From a virus (taxonomy: Duplodnaviria; Caudoviricetes): a DNA stretch of 59,062 nt. The notes beneath the pieces are model-generated. The model was given only the letters and a program-made list of their open reading frames with translations, did no database searches and was not told where the DNA came from. Numbering within the stretch: position 1 is the stretch's first letter; every line of letters starts with the position of its first letter. The stretch covers positions 1 to 59,062 of IMG/VR virus record IMGVR_UViG_3300025467_000019. One strand, given 5' to 3'. The position numbers were made by a program, and so were the translations under genes. This document shows positions 56,538 through 59,062 of this stretch, one piece after another.

Positions 56538-57809
56538 TTAAGCTAACAATTCATTTAAATCAACTTGAAACCCTTTTATAATGTTTGTTATATAGTCTGG
56601 TTCATGCTTCCAGTATCGATTATATACTTGTTCAGCTTTATTAATATCTATTGTAAAATTGTGAGATTTTATCCATTTTTGAAAAAATTCAGAATTCTTT
56701 AATTTGTTATGTGCTTCTTTTTTAGTTTTTTTCCAGTACACACTGTTAATATTATTTTTACCAGCATAATTTAATGCAATTAAATCTTGCATTATAAGCA
56801 TATGATTTAAATGAAGTTTATTAACTTGCTCGGCAATGTTAAAAGAAGTTTGATTGTGTGGTGAAAAAAGCGCAGTTAAAAAATGTGTGGTTATTTCAAA
56901 CACATAATGCATCGGTAATGCCCCTGTAGGGTCTAATAAAAATAATCTGTTACCCAGGTATAATATTCTATTATCAACAATACGTTTTCTATAATATTGA
57001 GTCCAAGAAAATGTTCTTAATAGTTCAGGGTTTATGTTTTTATTGATATTTAAAAAATTTTTAATTGCTTTTTCTTTTGTTGTAATTTTGTTATTATATA
57101 AATACCCCCACGTCTTTTTATGTTTTAATGGTATACCAAACATCCAACCATTATTATGTACATGTATAGAAGTGTACTGCTCATTATAAAAATTAGGATC
57201 AGGAAAGGCAATAATTGAATTTACACCTTGAAAGTCGGGGAATAAATAATCACCATTATTTAAGTCTTCCGGGGATGGTGTGCCGCGACAGTCAAATACA
57301 TAGTCAAAAGTGTATAATTTTTTACTACAATGTATATTTACGTTGACATTGTTTTGATTTACACTTAAAACTTTATCTTGTACTTCTATAACGTTTTTAT
57401 ATATTTTTTTTAACGTTTTTAATATATGTGTACTGAAAAGCTCACTGTCTATATGTAGACTAGGTGAGTTGGTTTCAATATAAAAATTTTCCCCACTAGC
57501 TTTTTTCCATAAACCTACTACTCCCCACTTAACAGTTGCGTTTATATAATCCATATCTTTTAAGATATTAAATTCTATACTATTACGTAACAGTGGTAAC
57601 AAGCTAGCAGAACTACCTTCCCCTATTTTCATATGTGGTATACTGGGATCATGTATACAATATACTTCTATGTACTCAGAATTTAAAGACTTAATTAAAC
57701 TACCTATATTTAATAATGCAACTGCCCCCATGGTTCCATTACCAATTACACATAATTTTATTTTTTTATCTATAACTGGATACGACCAAAATGCTCCTGT
57801 TTTATTCAT
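56538..57809 (-). CDS. flavin-dependent halogenase-like protein (tryptophan halogenase family)
   Basis: VIGNGTMG FAD motif, IGEGS, ATVK, DYVFDCRG, GWMFGIPL, GYLYN, LGNR. Confidence 0.8.
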   Translation of the reverse strand: MNKTGAFWSYPVIDKKIKLCVIGNGTMGAVALLNIGSLIKSLNSEYIEVYCIHDPSIPHMKIGEGSSASLLPLLRNSIEFNILKDMDYINATVKWGVVGLWKKASGENFYIETNSPSLHIDSELFSTHILKTLKKIYKNVIEVQDKVLSVNQNNVNVNIHCSKKLYTFDYVFDCRGTPSPEDLNNGDYLFPDFQGVNSIIAFPDPNFYNEQYTSIHVHNNGWMFGIPLKHKKTWGYLYNNKITTKEKAIKNFLNINKNINPELLRTFSWTQYYRKRIVDNRILYLGNRLFLLDPTGALPMHYVFEITTHFLTALFSPHNQTSFNIAEQVNKLHLNHMLIMQDLIALNYAGKNNINSVYWKKTKKEAHNKLKNSEFFQKWIKSHNFTIDINKAEQVYNRYWKHEPDYITNIIKGFQVDLNELLA

Positions 57810-57869
57810 GTAATGTGTAAAGATAATTACTACTAGTTACTTATATTAACATTATAATTAATCAAATAG

Positions 57870-57899
57870 AACCCGGCTCGGTATTACTCCGAGCCGGGC
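57870..57899 (-). terminator. GC-rich hairpin, probable terminator
   Basis: cccggctcgg-tattact-ccgagccggg downstream of the 57922 gene; weak U-tract. Confidence 0.6.
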
Positions 57900-57921
57900 A
57901 TTGTTTTTCTAACTAATAGTA

Positions 57922-58107
57922 TTAAAATAAATAATGGTATGGAGCAGCAACAGCTTTTTTAAAAGCTACTACTACCTTATCCCAAAACTTTTTAATACTT
58001 TCAACGAACTCTAACTTTACCTTACTGTTATCTATCTTATAGTCCTCGTATGCGAGTCTAACAAGACCACCAACAGCAAGGTATGATACAATAATCACTG
58101 CTTGCAT
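57922..58107 (-). CDS. small protein with a hydrophobic N-terminus (61 aa)
   Basis: ATG ORF bracketed by a structured leader and a downstream hairpin. Confidence 0.6.
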   Translation of the reverse strand: MQAVIIVSYLAVGGLVRLAYEDYKIDNSKVKLEFVESIKKFWDKVVVAFKKAVAAPYHYLF

Positions 58108-58277
58108 ATGTGTTGTTTGTTAAGAACCGCCGCCCGGGGGCTTTGGTTGTTGTACTGGATGTTAACACCAGTACAAATATTTACTTAAATTTTTTATATA
58201 ATAATAAATTTATTTATAGGTAATACCTATTACTTTTATTTGAATTCCAAATAGAAATAATGCATTATATCATATTT

Positions 58278-58920
58278 TTACACATTTTTTAATTTAAAAT
58301 TACCTGACACGGATATTCTAAAACCATTTGATGAGTAAAACGGGTAAACAGTGTGAAACATTCTAGAAGGAAATATTAACATTTTGTTTTCAAATGTTTT
58401 ATCAGCTGGTATAATTGAGTAACTGATTTGACCGAGACTGTTCGTGTATACAAAATAGAAATTACCACTACGTAGTCTTTCAACAGGTATTTGTTGTTTA
58501 ACTTTTATCTCGTCTTTGTTTGTGAACGGTATGTTTACCCATATAACATAACTAAACACGCCATTATGATCATGTAATGGATTGAATTCGTGTTTTTTTT
58601 GAAAATTGACCCATGTTTGGTCTAAATACAAATTAAATAATTGCCTGTTATGTGTATAATAATTAAAAATTTGCTCGTATTGGTATATTAATGGTAATAT
58701 TAACTCTTCTTGATATTTTAAGCTTTTTTCTAATGCATACTCTTTTTCTATATTGCCTGAAAGCTTACTATTAAAAGGTGTTCCTTTAGTAAAGTTTTTT
58801 TTGTATTTTTTTAATTTCATCTTTTATTGGTTTTAATTGTTCAGACGTTAAGTCAACTATTAAATAGCCAGGACTTGAAAATGATACTGGTTTAACTTGA
58901 TCAGGTTGTATATTGGTCAT
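58278..58920 (-). CDS. putative 2OG-Fe(II) oxygenase, apparently frameshifted near the 5' end
   Basis: WVNFQKKHEFNPLHDH.GVFSYVIW...IFPS...H.VYPF...RISVSGN; the upstream ATG at 58920 is one base out of frame across A7/A8 runs. Confidence 0.75.
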
Positions 58921-59062
58921 AAAATAATTTATATAAAATAAAATATTTCTTAAATTAATCAAGTGGTAATTATAAAAAAATAAGCACAGAAAAAGTTACA
59001 CTCCTGTGTAATGTAATGTTTTTAAATGCTGTTAAGTATCTGTTCTATAAACACTTTATTAT

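Noticed and set aside
1-59062. Alternative genetic code (stop-codon reassignment)
   Set aside because: Core genes are full length in the standard code, and TAA, TAG and TGA all end plausible genes

Overview
This window is a 59-kb segment of a large, AT-rich, T4-like myophage genome using the standard genetic code. It holds the terminase large subunit, a gp14-like neck protein and a contractile-tail block at 30.5-46.9 kb: gp3-like protein, sheath, three tube paralogs, gp54-, gp26-, gp48-, gp53- and gp27-like proteins, tape measure and a gp5 spike without lysozyme. Portal, capsid and replication genes are not in the window. The most unusual feature is a set of five fibre-like genes built on proline-free, uncharged (Gly-X-Ser)n repeats (X = Y/F/W/I/T/V). 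They share globular modules and lie in two oppositely oriented clusters flanking the terminase. Directly after gp5 is a sugar-modification cluster: UDP-galactopyranose mutase, a GT60-like polypeptide GlcNAc transferase, a GT-B enzyme, a DxD enzyme, GT25 and GT11. Elsewhere are two FkbM methyltransferases, two 2OG-Fe(II) oxygenases and a flavin halogenase-like protein. My lead hypothesis, which is inference only, is a phage-encoded O-glycosylation pathway acting on serine-collagen and Pro/Thr-rich virion fibres. Other items are a tRNA-Glu(TTC), an outer-membrane beta-barrel, a secreted metalloprotease, a structured mostly non-coding region at 2.6-3.8 kb, a homopolymer frameshift, and near-leaderless late genes behind TAA(A/G)TA boxes. 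All family assignments come from motif recognition by eye; no searches were run.
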